DNA of 64,000 nt. It comes from a virus. A program made the position numbers and the translations under genes. The stretch is taken from positions 77,961 through 141,960 of the IMG/VR virus record IMGVR_UViG_3300035698_017437; one strand, written 5' to 3'. This document shows positions 25,161 through 35,094 of the stretch, in pieces (positions within the stretch are counted from its first letter, which is position 1; every line of letters starts with the position of its first letter). The notes beneath the pieces were generated by a model that was given only the letters and a program-made list of their open reading frames with translations, was not told the origin of the DNA and did no database searches.

Positions 25161-25301
25161 ATGAAAACTAAAAAATATAATAAACAAGGTAAATTGGATA
25201 AACCCATTATTGGTAGAATTCCTGTTGGTCCTCCTACTAAAGTAATAGATGTTCCAAAGAAGGGGAAAGGATCTTATACCAGAAAGAAAAAACATAAATA
25301 G
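25161..25301 (+). CDS. arfA: ArfA-like ribosome rescue peptide (46 aa, not in the ORF track)
   Basis: MKTKKYNKQGKLDKPIIGRIPVGPPTKVIDVPKKGKGSYTRKKKHK contains the ArfA signature KKGKGSYxRKxKH. Confidence 0.6.
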   Translation: MKTKKYNKQGKLDKPIIGRIPVGPPTKVIDVPKKGKGSYTRKKKHK

Positions 25302-25305
25302 TATT

Positions 25306-25854
25306 ATGAAAACATATAAACAACTAATACTTGAACTCAGTCATGGTAAAGCCGCTGTCTTTGCTAAAGATGCTCATTCTGGACAATATAGAAAACTCTC
25401 TGGAGAACCATATCTGGTTCATCCTAAAGAAGTAGTCAGAATACTCCAAAGATCAGGAGTAAAAGATAAAAATATTTTGATTGCGGCCTGGCTCCACGAT
25501 GTTTTGGAAGATTCAGATTCCTCTTATAATGATATCAAAAGAGAATTCAATAAAGAAGTTGCCGATCTTGTCAAAGAAGTATCTTCTATAAAGAAAGATC
25601 TCAACCTTGTAGGTAAAGAGAATTATCTTGCCAAGAAAATGATTGGAATGTCAGATGGAGCCTTGTTATTGAAACTGTCCGATAGAATCCACAATATTTC
25701 TGATTTGTCCTCTATGCCAGGAGATAAGTCATTGAAATATTCCCTCCAAACAAGATTTATGATGGATGAATTGAAAAACAAAAGAAAATTGAATAAATCT
25801 CACAAGAAACTTGTCAGAAAAATAGAAAAGGTTATAAACAAGTTTCTCCACTAA
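25306..25854 (+). CDS. RelA/SpoT HD-domain small alarmone hydrolase-like protein (Mesh1/SAH)
   Basis: AH.GQYRK.SGEPY..HP.EV, AAWLHDVLED, KLSDRIHN; start MKTYKQLILE. Confidence 0.88.
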   Translation: MKTYKQLILELSHGKAAVFAKDAHSGQYRKLSGEPYLVHPKEVVRILQRSGVKDKNILIAAWLHDVLEDSDSSYNDIKREFNKEVADLVKEVSSIKKDLNLVGKENYLAKKMIGMSDGALLLKLSDRIHNISDLSSMPGDKSLKYSLQTRFMMDELKNKRKLNKSHKKLVRKIEKVINKFLH

Positions 25855-25868
25855 AAGGGTTCTTATAA

Positions 25869-26267
25869 ATGAAGAAAATTATAGTATTATTCTGTTTGAT
25901 GTTCTTTTATACATCCTCGGCTCAAGCATTCTTTTGGACTTATGAAGAAAAGGATCCTTATAATATCCTAATGTATGTTGAAGATGATATTGAGGAATGG
26001 TTATGTATTCTATATGAATTTGATACCACTAGATTCATAGGAATAGGAGATCAAGTATTCAAAGAATTTATTGAAACCCATGATCCTGAACCGATGCCCT
26101 GGAATGTATATTCTTATGAATGGGAGTGTTTACCTAGAAATTGGGAATGGGCTTGGACATGTTTTGACACTTCTGATTGTAATCCTGTTCCTGAACCAGC
26201 CACATTGTTGTTATTTGCTATTGGTATTATTGGAATATCCATAGGATATAAGAAAAGAATGAAATAA
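25869..26267 (+). CDS. PEP-CTERM sorting-domain protein
   Basis: Signal peptide; C-terminal PVPEPATLLLFAIGIIGISIGYKKRMK. Confidence 0.85.
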   Translation: MKKIIVLFCLMFFYTSSAQAFFWTYEEKDPYNILMYVEDDIEEWLCILYEFDTTRFIGIGDQVFKEFIETHDPEPMPWNVYSYEWECLPRNWEWAWTCFDTSDCNPVPEPATLLLFAIGIIGISIGYKKRMK

Positions 26268-26287
26268 ATTTAATTGAGAGATTTACA

Positions 26288-26776
26288 ATGAAAAGGATAT
26301 CAAATGAGGTTATGAATGAAATTAGGACATATGGAACATTATATGGATCAAAAGTGTTTGGTGGATATGTCAACGGTGTAAGTGACTTGGACTTTCTTAT
26401 ATCATATAAAGATTTAGATGAAAATTCTGAAATCAAGAGAATGGTAGACTGTGGATCAACAGAAACATTCTATTCCGAAGGTTCAATGAAAAATTGTGAA
26501 GAATTCGTATCCTTCAAATCCTTTAATGATATGGAAACTCCTCCTATCAACCTTGTTGTGTTTTCAGATATAGAACTTCTTGAATCATATAAAGAAGCAA
26601 CCAAGGTGATGATTGCTATGAAAGAGATTCCATCTATAGAGAATATTATCAAGAATAAGGAAAAGAGGATTCAATTGTTCCAATATCTAGTGAATCTATT
26701 AGATACTAGAAATCCTCTTACATTATCACCTACAAAACCACCTACAACTTATCCAGATGATGATATACCGTTCTAA
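26288..26776 (+). CDS. Minimal nucleotidyltransferase-like protein
   Basis: LYGSKVFG......SDLDFLI. Confidence 0.6.
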   Translation: MKRISNEVMNEIRTYGTLYGSKVFGGYVNGVSDLDFLISYKDLDENSEIKRMVDCGSTETFYSEGSMKNCEEFVSFKSFNDMETPPINLVVFSDIELLESYKEATKVMIAMKEIPSIENIIKNKEKRIQLFQYLVNLLDTRNPLTLSPTKPPTTYPDDDIPF

Positions 26777-26797
26777 AATAAAATATTCTAAAATTTC

Positions 26798-26836
26798 CTG
26801 GCTCATGTTGATTTATTTCAATATGGGCCATTTTTG
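26798..26836 (+). terminator. Rho-independent terminator
   Basis: TGGCTCATGTTGA/TCAATATGGGCCA followed by TTTTT. Confidence 0.75.
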
Positions 26837-26875
26837 TTTACTATAAATAATATTGAAATAAAACATGGAGGATTT

Positions 26876-27139
26876 ATGTTAGAAAATAGAGATTTACCCA
26901 CACAATGGAAGAGTGAAGTTGATATTTTAGGTTTGAGGGGACAAATACTTCAAAAAGATCAAGAATTGATAAACAAGGAACAATCTATAGTTGACCTGAA
27001 ATCTATAATTCTTCAAACAGAATCTTCTAGCTTAGTTGCTATCCAAGAGAAACTGTTTTCTGATATCTTGAATGATTTAGATATAAAAGGTTCCATAAAA
27101 GGCATAAATAATGGATCAATTTCTATTGAAATTGAATAA
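26876..27139 (+). CDS. Late hypothetical coiled-coil protein
   Basis: TATAAATA at 26842, GGAGG SD before ATG 26876. Confidence 0.6.
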   Translation: MLENRDLPTQWKSEVDILGLRGQILQKDQELINKEQSIVDLKSIILQTESSSLVAIQEKLFSDILNDLDIKGSIKGINNGSISIEIE

Positions 27140-27162
27140 ATCATAAATAATAATATAAGAAA

Positions 27163-27561
27163 ATGGAAAAAAACACTTGTAATTATCCTGACTGTGCTAG
27201 AGAATGTGGCGAGCATAGTCTAATGACAAATAGAGTTGCTAATGTCGAAAAGGATTGTGCTATACTCAAGAAAGGTTTTACTCCTCTAGCTCTTGATCAA
27301 GCAAGAAACCAAGGTAGAGTGAATACTTTCATGATGATATCTGGTTCGGCACTTACAGTTTTATGTGGAGTGGCTTCAGTAGCTCTAATCCAAATAGCTG
27401 AACACAAAACCCAATATTATAATGACATGAAAGAAATGAGAGATTCCATTCATAAAGTTGAAAAAGAACATATTCAATCACTTACGGGAATATATAGAGT
27501 GATTGGAGATATATCTACAGATGTAAAAATATTACTAGAAAAAGAAAAATCAAAAGAATAA
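27163..27561 (+). CDS. Membrane-anchored coiled-coil protein (possibly lysis-related)
   Basis: Single TM helix flanked by coiled coils; CATAAATA upstream. Confidence 0.55.
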   Translation: MEKNTCNYPDCARECGEHSLMTNRVANVEKDCAILKKGFTPLALDQARNQGRVNTFMMISGSALTVLCGVASVALIQIAEHKTQYYNDMKEMRDSIHKVEKEHIQSLTGIYRVIGDISTDVKILLEKEKSKE

Positions 27562-27589
27562 CATTTATATCCATTAAGGAGAACAAATT

Positions 27590-29303
27590 ATGGCTATTGC
27601 TGACGATATTACTGTTGCCGCAAACGGTGACATTAGATATGATGCTGGAATACACGGAGATGCCCTTGCCGCTTATTACCCAGTTATTGAATTTCATAGG
27701 TTTCTACAAGATTTGGCCGATGATGCTGTAGCCGTTGGAGATGATCTTCTTGATATTCCTGATCTTACGCCTTCTGCCAGATCAACAGATAATATTATTG
27801 GACTTTTATCTCCTTATAATATTGACGATGAACTATCTCAACACCTTTATGATGGAACTATTTCCCAAAATGGTGGTTGACGATGTTTGGGATGGTATTG
27901 TAAATTACGGTACCGAAGGTATTCATATTGAAATTATTCAAAACGCTTCTGTTATTATTGATGATTTCTGGAACTCTATTCCTAATGGAGAAACAGAAAA
28001 AGGCCTCAATCGTAACCTGACCGCTGGTATTTCTCATAGATTTATGGTCAAAGTTATTTCAGGCGGATCTATTATTGATAATCGTAGACTGATTGGAACT
28101 AATAGAGAGTTTGGAAAAACTTTTGGTGAGTTCAATATTTCAGCTACATCAAACGGTAACAACACTCTTGCTCTTACTCATTCAGATGATCTGAATAACA
28201 CCACTGCCGCTGTTACTGTTGGTGCTCTTGTAGGTATTTCTAATACCGAAGGTTATACTCCTATTGATGTAAATAATGATGGTACTCCTGAGTATTATTA
28301 CTCAGAGTGGTTGAAAGGCGCTAATACTATCAATGATTTCTATGAGTATATGAAATGGCTCACTATGAGACAAGATGGTGTTGGAGCTACAATTTATGGA
28401 CTTGAATCTGAAGTGTTTCGTGGCATTACACATGAAATTGATCTTACAGATCTTGCTTCTGGAATTTGGGTTACATCTACTGAGGTAACATGGGCAGGTG
28501 GAACAGGACAAATTCTTGCTATTGATGATACTGCCAGCGGTTCAGCGGCCAAAATGTGGCTTCAACTTATGACTGGCGCTACTCCAACAGGAACTATTAC
28601 AAATCCTGCCAATGGCGCTACTGCTACCGTAGGAACTGTTCTTGAGCGACCTCTATCCACACCCTTCGTTGGTGCTTCTACTGGTTCCGCTCTTATTGGT
28701 TCTTATGGCTTCGGTGTAACATATAACGATCTAAAGAACACTGATAAGGTTTTCGATCTTACTAATACTCAAAGAGTTCCACCTAATAACGTGAAGTTTA
28801 CTGTTTCTGGTGTTGTTCATGGTGAAGATAGAATTCTTATTGGTCCTGATACTGGTGGCGGTGCTCTAGATGAAAGTCAGTTTACTCTTGCTACTGCTCT
28901 GGTTACTGATGATATCACTGCTGTTCAGGTCAATGTAGCAATTCCTACAGATACTCCAGCCTCAGGAACAATTAGGGTTTATGATGATCTTCTTATTTCT
29001 CGTAGATTAGCATATACATCATATACAGGAAATACATTTACCATTAGTTCTGCGGATGGTAATGAGGATTTCCTGGCCGATGAAGCTCAAATAGGTAACA
29101 ATGTGTTTATTTCTTATGTTGATGCTCTTTATGATAATGCTGTTCCAGCAACTTATGAATTTACTGGTGTTTATCTTGCTGATAGAGATTTGTTCATTCG
29201 TGTTCGTGATGGTGGTGGTACTCCAATCAAGACATTTGAAGGTGGTGGTTCAATGAAATCTACAGATCAGAGTATTTCTGTAATTCGTACACCAGACGAG
29301 TAA
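27590..29303 (+). CDS. Virion structural protein (~570 aa) interrupted by a +1 frameshift at 27878
   Basis: AAGGAG SD at 27590; ...SQNGG-TGA continues as DDVWDGIVNYG in the +1 frame; acidic, G/T-rich composition throughout. Confidence 0.65.
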
Positions 29304-29312
29304 AGCAATAAA

Positions 29313-29356
29313 CAACTTCTCAACTGTCTTCGGATGGTTGAGAAGTTTTTCTTTTT
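29313..29356 (+). terminator. Rho-independent terminator with cUUCGg loop
   Basis: AACTTCTCAACTGTC-TTCG-GATGGTTGAGAAGTT-TTTCTTTT. Confidence 0.85.
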
Positions 29357-29365
29357 GGAGATAAC

Positions 29366-29771
29366 ATGGCTTGGATAGATATTGTAGAAGTTCCTTGGGA
29401 ATATACAACTACGCCTGAAATAGACGATGTGTATAATGCTCATAATTACACAAATAAGCATGATTATGGTATTCGGACAAATTCTGATGGTACCTTAGTA
29501 TATGTTTATTGTAGACAGTTGAATAGAATAGAAGGTGTAGGTTATGGAGAGATAAAAGTATAAAAGACATGGAAGACACTCATACTTTACTACAGGTACA
29601 CCGGACTATATCCCTGTACCCAAGACTCAGCAAGAGTGGGTATCTGATGGAGTTATCAATAATGATAAGCAGAGATACCTTACTGACTGCGAAGGTAAAC
29701 CACCACAGATGTTAATCTACAAAGATCCAAGAACTGTTGCTGAAGATGCTGAAATTAAGCTCTTCATCTGA
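29366..29771 (+). CDS. Hypothetical virion protein, apparently frameshifted at the A-run 29554-29557
   Basis: ORF 29366-29563 continues in the +1 frame as KYKRHGRHSYFTTGTPDY...IKLFI* to 29771; that frame has no start of its own. Confidence 0.5.
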
Positions 29772-29791
29772 TTTTAATAAGAGATATAACT

Positions 29792-32482
29792 ATGGCCTTT
29801 CAAACAGGATTTTCCAAATACGAAGGAACAACGGCTGCAACTGATCATGCAATCAATGATCAAATACTCATAGATACTAAAGTAGATGACGTCTTACTTG
29901 CCAGTGTTGTCATGGATCGAGGGAAGGTTATGACTCCGTGGGGTGATGGTTGGACTGAACTCAAAAATACTATCAATTCGGGCATAGGTCATATTGTTAT
30001 GTGGAAGAGGTGCACTGTTGACAATGAGATATTTCCCGATATCGTTCTTAGTGGGGCTGTAACAGCATCTGTGGAAATAGTTAAGTTTATAGGATGCTCA
30101 ACAAGTAGTTCTCCTGTCGGTGCTACTTCAGATAATGATGGTGGTAGTACGACTCCAACATACTTATCAATAACACCTCAAGCTAAAAATAGTGCTATTA
30201 TTTGGTTTGGTGGTCTTGATAGAAGAAATATGCTTACTGTTGGTAATAAGGCAGTATTAATGATAGCTGATAGTGCAGGAGCTTGTGGTATAACCGCTTA
30301 CGAATTTTCCAATAGTATAAATCCCACAGGGGATGTGATTGGTACGGTGGACTCAGGAGATGGTTGGCAAACATTCGTAGTTGAAATATTGGATAATGTA
30401 GTAACTCCTAGAATACCAACATACTTTGAGAATATGGCTGGGGCAGTAATAGACAGCGGACTATACACTCCTGATGTGGATTTTAGGTCAGAGTATATGT
30501 TAAATGATACAACGATTGAAGGAGATCCAAGAGCAAATTATACTTTTGATAGTAATAACATAACATCAGGAACAACTACTCTCCTTAGTGATGTTGACGG
30601 AAGTATTGTCAAAATTGATAATGATATATTTTCCATCCCATCTGGAATGATGGACACGTATCAAGTAGTCGGAGCAACTCTGAACGTTCTCACGGGAAAT
30701 CAAATAGGTGCTTATGAAATAACGGGCATTAGAAAAGACTCTCAAATAAATGTTGATCATATCTTTACAGAACTAGAGTCCGATTTAGAATATACGATAA
30801 CAACAACAAGTGATTTAATAGAGCCTACCCTTGATGTAGATCACAATATCAGAACCTTTCGAGCGACAGGAACAGTACCAACTGGCATGGTTGTTGATGA
30901 GTTCTATTATATCGCTATGATGAATGCTCAATATTGTACAGTATATAGTGCCGCTGGTACTCAAACACTAGCTGAGGGAGACTTATCACTTACAGGTGTT
31001 GCAGGAACTTGTAGTCTTGAAGAGTGTGGGATAGCCTTACAGATTTCAAATGGAACAGAGTATAATCAAATAGACGCAGGGTTAAATGCTAACAAGAATG
31101 TAAGAGGTTCGGCTCACGAATTTACTACGCCAATAGATCTTACCGACCGCTCTATTGGTCTGAGAATTAAGTCAGGTGGAAGCAACATGGCTTTCTTTTC
31201 GTTTATGTTTATGGATATTAACGGAAACTGGAAAAATTGGAAGTTAGCAAAAGACCAAGGGGAAGAAGTAGACTTCTCACAGACACTTACTGCCCCAGAC
31301 GGGAATGAGAATTTTGCGTCAAGTGGCGGTGTGTTTGACCATACTCAGGTAAAATACTTTATACCTTTGTACAAAGATAATAGTTACACATCTACGGATA
31401 CTATGTTTTTCTCTTCTTATTCAGACATTAACATACTAGTCGTTCTTGGTGGGGACTCTGTTGAAGCCGCAGATATAAAATCACTACAATCTTCATTGTG
31501 GACGCAACTGAAAGATACGAGTACATCTTCAGTTATCCAATACAGTTTCTTGCATTCACTACAATTTGGTAATGGTACAGATGATTTAAGATTTGAAGAT
31601 ACAAATAAATCTATTGAGTTCCCACCATTATCAGATGGAATTAATACATTCGGGATATATCTAGCAAGCTTAGGTGTTAGTTGGAAGTTGAAGGATACAG
31701 ACACTTTAGACTTTACGAATAGTCAGTTATGTTCAGGTAAGCCCTTTGTTTTTTTGGCAGATCCAACAACGAATATAAACGCTGATTTATCCTTCGCTGG
31801 TATGCAAGTAATTCAAGGAACGCCAACATTAAAAGAGGGTGAAATACACGATAGTATCACTTTTATTGGTGGAGATGGTATTACTCATAATGATGCAACA
31901 ATTAGTAATTGTACTGTTGATGGCTCTCTGAGAACAGAAGGAGCTCTAATCCTCACAACTACTCATAATATAACTGATAGTTTGTTTAAGAATATGGGTA
32001 ATGCTATAGAGATAGATACGGCAGGAGACTATGAGCTATCAGATATTAAGTTTGAAAATAATACTAATGATATTAATGTAACAGCTACAACCGGAACAGT
32101 TACAATCAATGTACTTGATGGAGGAGATACTCCGACTTATACAACATCTGGGGCAACTGTTAATATTGTATCAGGTCAAGTAACTTTGACGGTTACTGTA
32201 AAAGACATCGTCACTGGATCGATTATTCCTCTCCTTGCTAGGGTTTATGTCTTAGCTGACACAGGAGGATCTTTGGCTGTTGATACTGTTATTATCGATA
32301 GAGTGCTAACAGATGCTAATGGACAAGCCTCAGACACAAGGTCATATCCTACAAGTCAACCCATAAAAGGTTGGGTTCGGAAGGCATCCTCAACACCATT
32401 TTATAAGACAGCTCAGATTGCTGGTACGATTGATAATGTTTCTGGTTTAAGTCTTTCAATCCAGATGATTTCTGATGAATAA
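29792..32482 (+). CDS. Large virion/tail-associated protein, possibly receptor binding, with a beta-helix-like C-terminal part
   Basis: 896 aa, acidic T/S/G-rich; composition differs from the rest of the window. Confidence 0.65.
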   Translation: MAFQTGFSKYEGTTAATDHAINDQILIDTKVDDVLLASVVMDRGKVMTPWGDGWTELKNTINSGIGHIVMWKRCTVDNEIFPDIVLSGAVTASVEIVKFIGCSTSSSPVGATSDNDGGSTTPTYLSITPQAKNSAIIWFGGLDRRNMLTVGNKAVLMIADSAGACGITAYEFSNSINPTGDVIGTVDSGDGWQTFVVEILDNVVTPRIPTYFENMAGAVIDSGLYTPDVDFRSEYMLNDTTIEGDPRANYTFDSNNITSGTTTLLSDVDGSIVKIDNDIFSIPSGMMDTYQVVGATLNVLTGNQIGAYEITGIRKDSQINVDHIFTELESDLEYTITTTSDLIEPTLDVDHNIRTFRATGTVPTGMVVDEFYYIAMMNAQYCTVYSAAGTQTLAEGDLSLTGVAGTCSLEECGIALQISNGTEYNQIDAGLNANKNVRGSAHEFTTPIDLTDRSIGLRIKSGGSNMAFFSFMFMDINGNWKNWKLAKDQGEEVDFSQTLTAPDGNENFASSGGVFDHTQVKYFIPLYKDNSYTSTDTMFFSSYSDINILVVLGGDSVEAADIKSLQSSLWTQLKDTSTSSVIQYSFLHSLQFGNGTDDLRFEDTNKSIEFPPLSDGINTFGIYLASLGVSWKLKDTDTLDFTNSQLCSGKPFVFLADPTTNINADLSFAGMQVIQGTPTLKEGEIHDSITFIGGDGITHNDATISNCTVDGSLRTEGALILTTTHNITDSLFKNMGNAIEIDTAGDYELSDIKFENNTNDINVTATTGTVTINVLDGGDTPTYTTSGATVNIVSGQVTLTVTVKDIVTGSIIPLLARVYVLADTGGSLAVDTVIIDRVLTDANGQASDTRSYPTSQPIKGWVRKASSTPFYKTAQIAGTIDNVSGLSLSIQMISDE

Positions 32483-32503
32483 ATAGTATAAAGGAGAGAA
32501 ATA

Positions 32504-33283
32504 ATGGATATAAATGATGTAGTAAGAAATGAAGTATCAAAGAGGAATTTTAGCTCACTAAGTACAGGATTGAAACAAGTGAGAAAAGAAAACACCGAAA
32601 CACTTGAAAGAGTTTTATCTCTTGAACAAACTATTGTACAATTACAACAACAAATCCAAATATTACAAACTCAAAACTCTATTGCTATGGCTGGAGGATT
32701 TGGTGAAACATTACTCCTTGTTGATGGATTAGGTATTACTTTAGATAATTCTCTTTATAGTATAAATATAGACACACAAGATTTAGTTATTGGTATAGGA
32801 TCAGATGGAATCACCACAGAGTTGAATAATAAGGGAATTAGAATCAAGACAGCGGCAGATAGTTATGATATAGGATTACTTGCCGATAATATGTCAGTTG
32901 AAGTCAAATGTGGATCAACTTTAGTACCAGAAAATGAGCTTATGCAAAAAGTAGCAGGAGAAAACATAGCAGGATTTAGAGCGGTAACGGTAGATAATGA
33001 GGGTAGGATTATTCATGCCACTATTGCTAGAATATTGACCGGATTACCAGTTATTGCTATATCCGTTCAAGCTGTTGAGGCTTTTAGTTTATGTATTGTT
33101 ACCGTTACTGGAGATGAAATAACAGAAAATTCTTGGGATTGGGATATGTCAGAATCTATTTATTTTACTGAAGATGGAATATTGACACAAGTTCCACCTA
33201 CAACTAACTTTTTACAAATTGTTGCTGTTCCTCTTTCTCCGACTTCATTACGAGTTAGAATTGAACCTCCAATATTCTTTTAG
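32504..33283 (+). CDS. Virion-associated hypothetical protein (coiled-coil N-terminus plus capsid-cement-like C-terminus)
   Basis: AAGGAG SD; AGENIAGFRAV...WDW...IYFTEDGILTQVPP. Confidence 0.55.
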   Translation: MDINDVVRNEVSKRNFSSLSTGLKQVRKENTETLERVLSLEQTIVQLQQQIQILQTQNSIAMAGGFGETLLLVDGLGITLDNSLYSINIDTQDLVIGIGSDGITTELNNKGIRIKTAADSYDIGLLADNMSVEVKCGSTLVPENELMQKVAGENIAGFRAVTVDNEGRIIHATIARILTGLPVIAISVQAVEAFSLCIVTVTGDEITENSWDWDMSESIYFTEDGILTQVPPTTNFLQIVAVPLSPTSLRVRIEPPIFF

Positions 33284-33293
33284 AGATTAAAAT

Positions 33294-33623
33294 ATGGCTG
33301 AAAAAATAACAAAAGTAATATATTATAGAGGAGACTCATATTCTAAAGAGTTTACTATAACAGATGAAGATACAGATCTGGCAATCAATATCACAGGATA
33401 TACTTTCACTTTAACTGTTGATAGTAAAGATACACCCTCAGATCCTCTAACTGAAAAATTTGTCACGTCTGGCACTATTGTTGATGCTTTGAATGGTATA
33501 GTTTCGTTTACTCCTTCCTCTGTAAATAATGATATAAAAGAATCTAATTATTATTATAAAATTAGAATGACTAGTGGAACTACCATAAGAACTGTTATCC
33601 GTGATAAGTATGTCATTTTATAG
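33294..33623 (+). CDS. BppU-N-like adaptor protein
   Basis: RGDS....FTITD....AINITGYT...GIVSF. Confidence 0.55.
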   Translation: MAEKITKVIYYRGDSYSKEFTITDEDTDLAINITGYTFTLTVDSKDTPSDPLTEKFVTSGTIVDALNGIVSFTPSSVNNDIKESNYYYKIRMTSGTTIRTVIRDKYVIL

Positions 33624-33631
33624 GAGTCCTT

Positions 33632-33814
33632 ATGAAAAAACATACATATTTAGAAGATGGGAAAACTAAAGCAGAAACATTGCTTTTAGGTACTTCCGAC
33701 GATGTTGTTATAACGGACCCAGAACCTGGACATACTCTAATATGGGATGGTAATGATTGGACCAATCAATTATCAACAATAACAGAAAATATTGATGGCG
33801 GAAGCTTCATATAA
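33632..33814 (+). CDS. Small fibre-associated protein ending in DGGSF
   Basis: AGGAG SD; DVVIT.P..G.TLIWDGNDW.N. Confidence 0.55.
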   Translation: MKKHTYLEDGKTKAETLLLGTSDDVVITDPEPGHTLIWDGNDWTNQLSTITENIDGGSFI

Positions 33815-33831
33815 AATAATAGGAAAAAATA

Positions 33832-35094
33832 ATGAGCACAATTCAATTACGAAGAGGAACTAAAGCACAATTAGATACCATTTCTCTTGCTGTTGGTGAA
33901 TTAGGATATACTACAGATACAGACGAAGTGTATGCTGGTGATGGAACTAACAATCATCTAATTGGTGGTGTAGGAGTAGGTTTAGCTTCAGGTCGACCCT
34001 CAGCAGGAGTATCAGGAAGAATTTATCACGAAACGGATACGGATGCTACCCTTGTGGATGATGGTGTTTCTTGGGTGAATATTAGCTCTACCCTTGATCT
34101 TTCAACTATATCTGGAGATCTTGATGATATTGATGATGGTATAGGATACGGTAAAGTATTACAAACAGAACTATCGAATGGTGTAGTTTCTCAAATCAAT
34201 GATGAAACTAATGTTGTAACTGCCTCAGAGGCAAGAACTCATATTGATTTGACTGATGGGCATGAATCTATAAATGATTCTGGAACTTCTACTTCAGAAT
34301 TATGGTCTTCACAAAAAATTGGTGATGAGATTGCCACGGTAGTTTCAGGTATAGATCCCCAAGAATCTGTTATTAGTCAATTGAATCTTGTTACATCTGA
34401 ACCAGCTATTCCAACTATTGGTGATAGATATATCAATACAGCCTCAGGAGACACCTCTACAACTTCCCAAGCTGTATTAGTCAATAACATTTATGAGTGG
34501 AATGGCTCTGATTGGACAGAAACAATAGTATCAGAAGGAATGCATACTTGGGATGAAACTCTTGATTCTGCCTATATATTCAATAACTCTTGGGTAAAAT
34601 TTGGATCAACAGTAACACATAATAATCTCTCTAGTCTCCAAGGTGGAACTACAGATCAATATTATCATGTTACTGCCTCTGAAAAAACTGTTGTATCTAA
34701 CACTTCAGGAACAAATACAGGAGATCAAGCTTCAGGTGATTTTGATCATGATTCTCTTGTCAATACACATAATCTAACAACTGATATCAACCACGCAACA
34801 ATTACTGGTGGTCATAATCTAACAACTGATATTGATCATAATAATATCACAAATAGTCATAATCTAACCACCGATATTGACCACGATTCTCTATTGAATT
34901 TTCAATCAGGAGAACATTTTCTTCAAGGAGCAATCAGTATTCCGTCAGGGCAAATATCAGATTTCAACGAAGCTTCTCAAGATTCTATTGGTGGAATACT
35001 AACAGACACAGTTTCTATTGATCTTACGTATGATGATGCTGGAGGAACAATCAAAGCTGACCTATTGTTGGCTGATGGTGGTACATTTGTATAA
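33832..35094 (+). CDS. Tail-fibre-like protein with Mtd/hyaluronidase-type N-terminal domain
   Basis: IQLRRGT...LAVGELGYTTDT.EVYAGDG; HNLTTDIDH repeats; C-terminal DGGTF. Confidence 0.7.
   Translation: MSTIQLRRGTKAQLDTISLAVGELGYTTDTDEVYAGDGTNNHLIGGVGVGLASGRPSAGVSGRIYHETDTDATLVDDGVSWVNISSTLDLSTISGDLDDIDDGIGYGKVLQTELSNGVVSQINDETNVVTASEARTHIDLTDGHESINDSGTSTSELWSSQKIGDEIATVVSGIDPQESVISQLNLVTSEPAIPTIGDRYINTASGDTSTTSQAVLVNNIYEWNGSDWTETIVSEGMHTWDETLDSAYIFNNSWVKFGSTVTHNNLSSLQGGTTDQYYHVTASEKTVVSNTSGTNTGDQASGDFDHDSLVNTHNLTTDINHATITGGHNLTTDIDHNNITNSHNLTTDIDHDSLLNFQSGEHFLQGAISIPSGQISDFNEASQDSIGGILTDTVSIDLTYDDAGGTIKADLLLADGGTFV

Noticed and set aside
27735-27877. N-terminus MEMIFLIFLIL... of the 522-aa ORF as a signal peptide
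   Set aside because: It is the out-of-frame reading of the upstream ORF; the true gene starts at 27590
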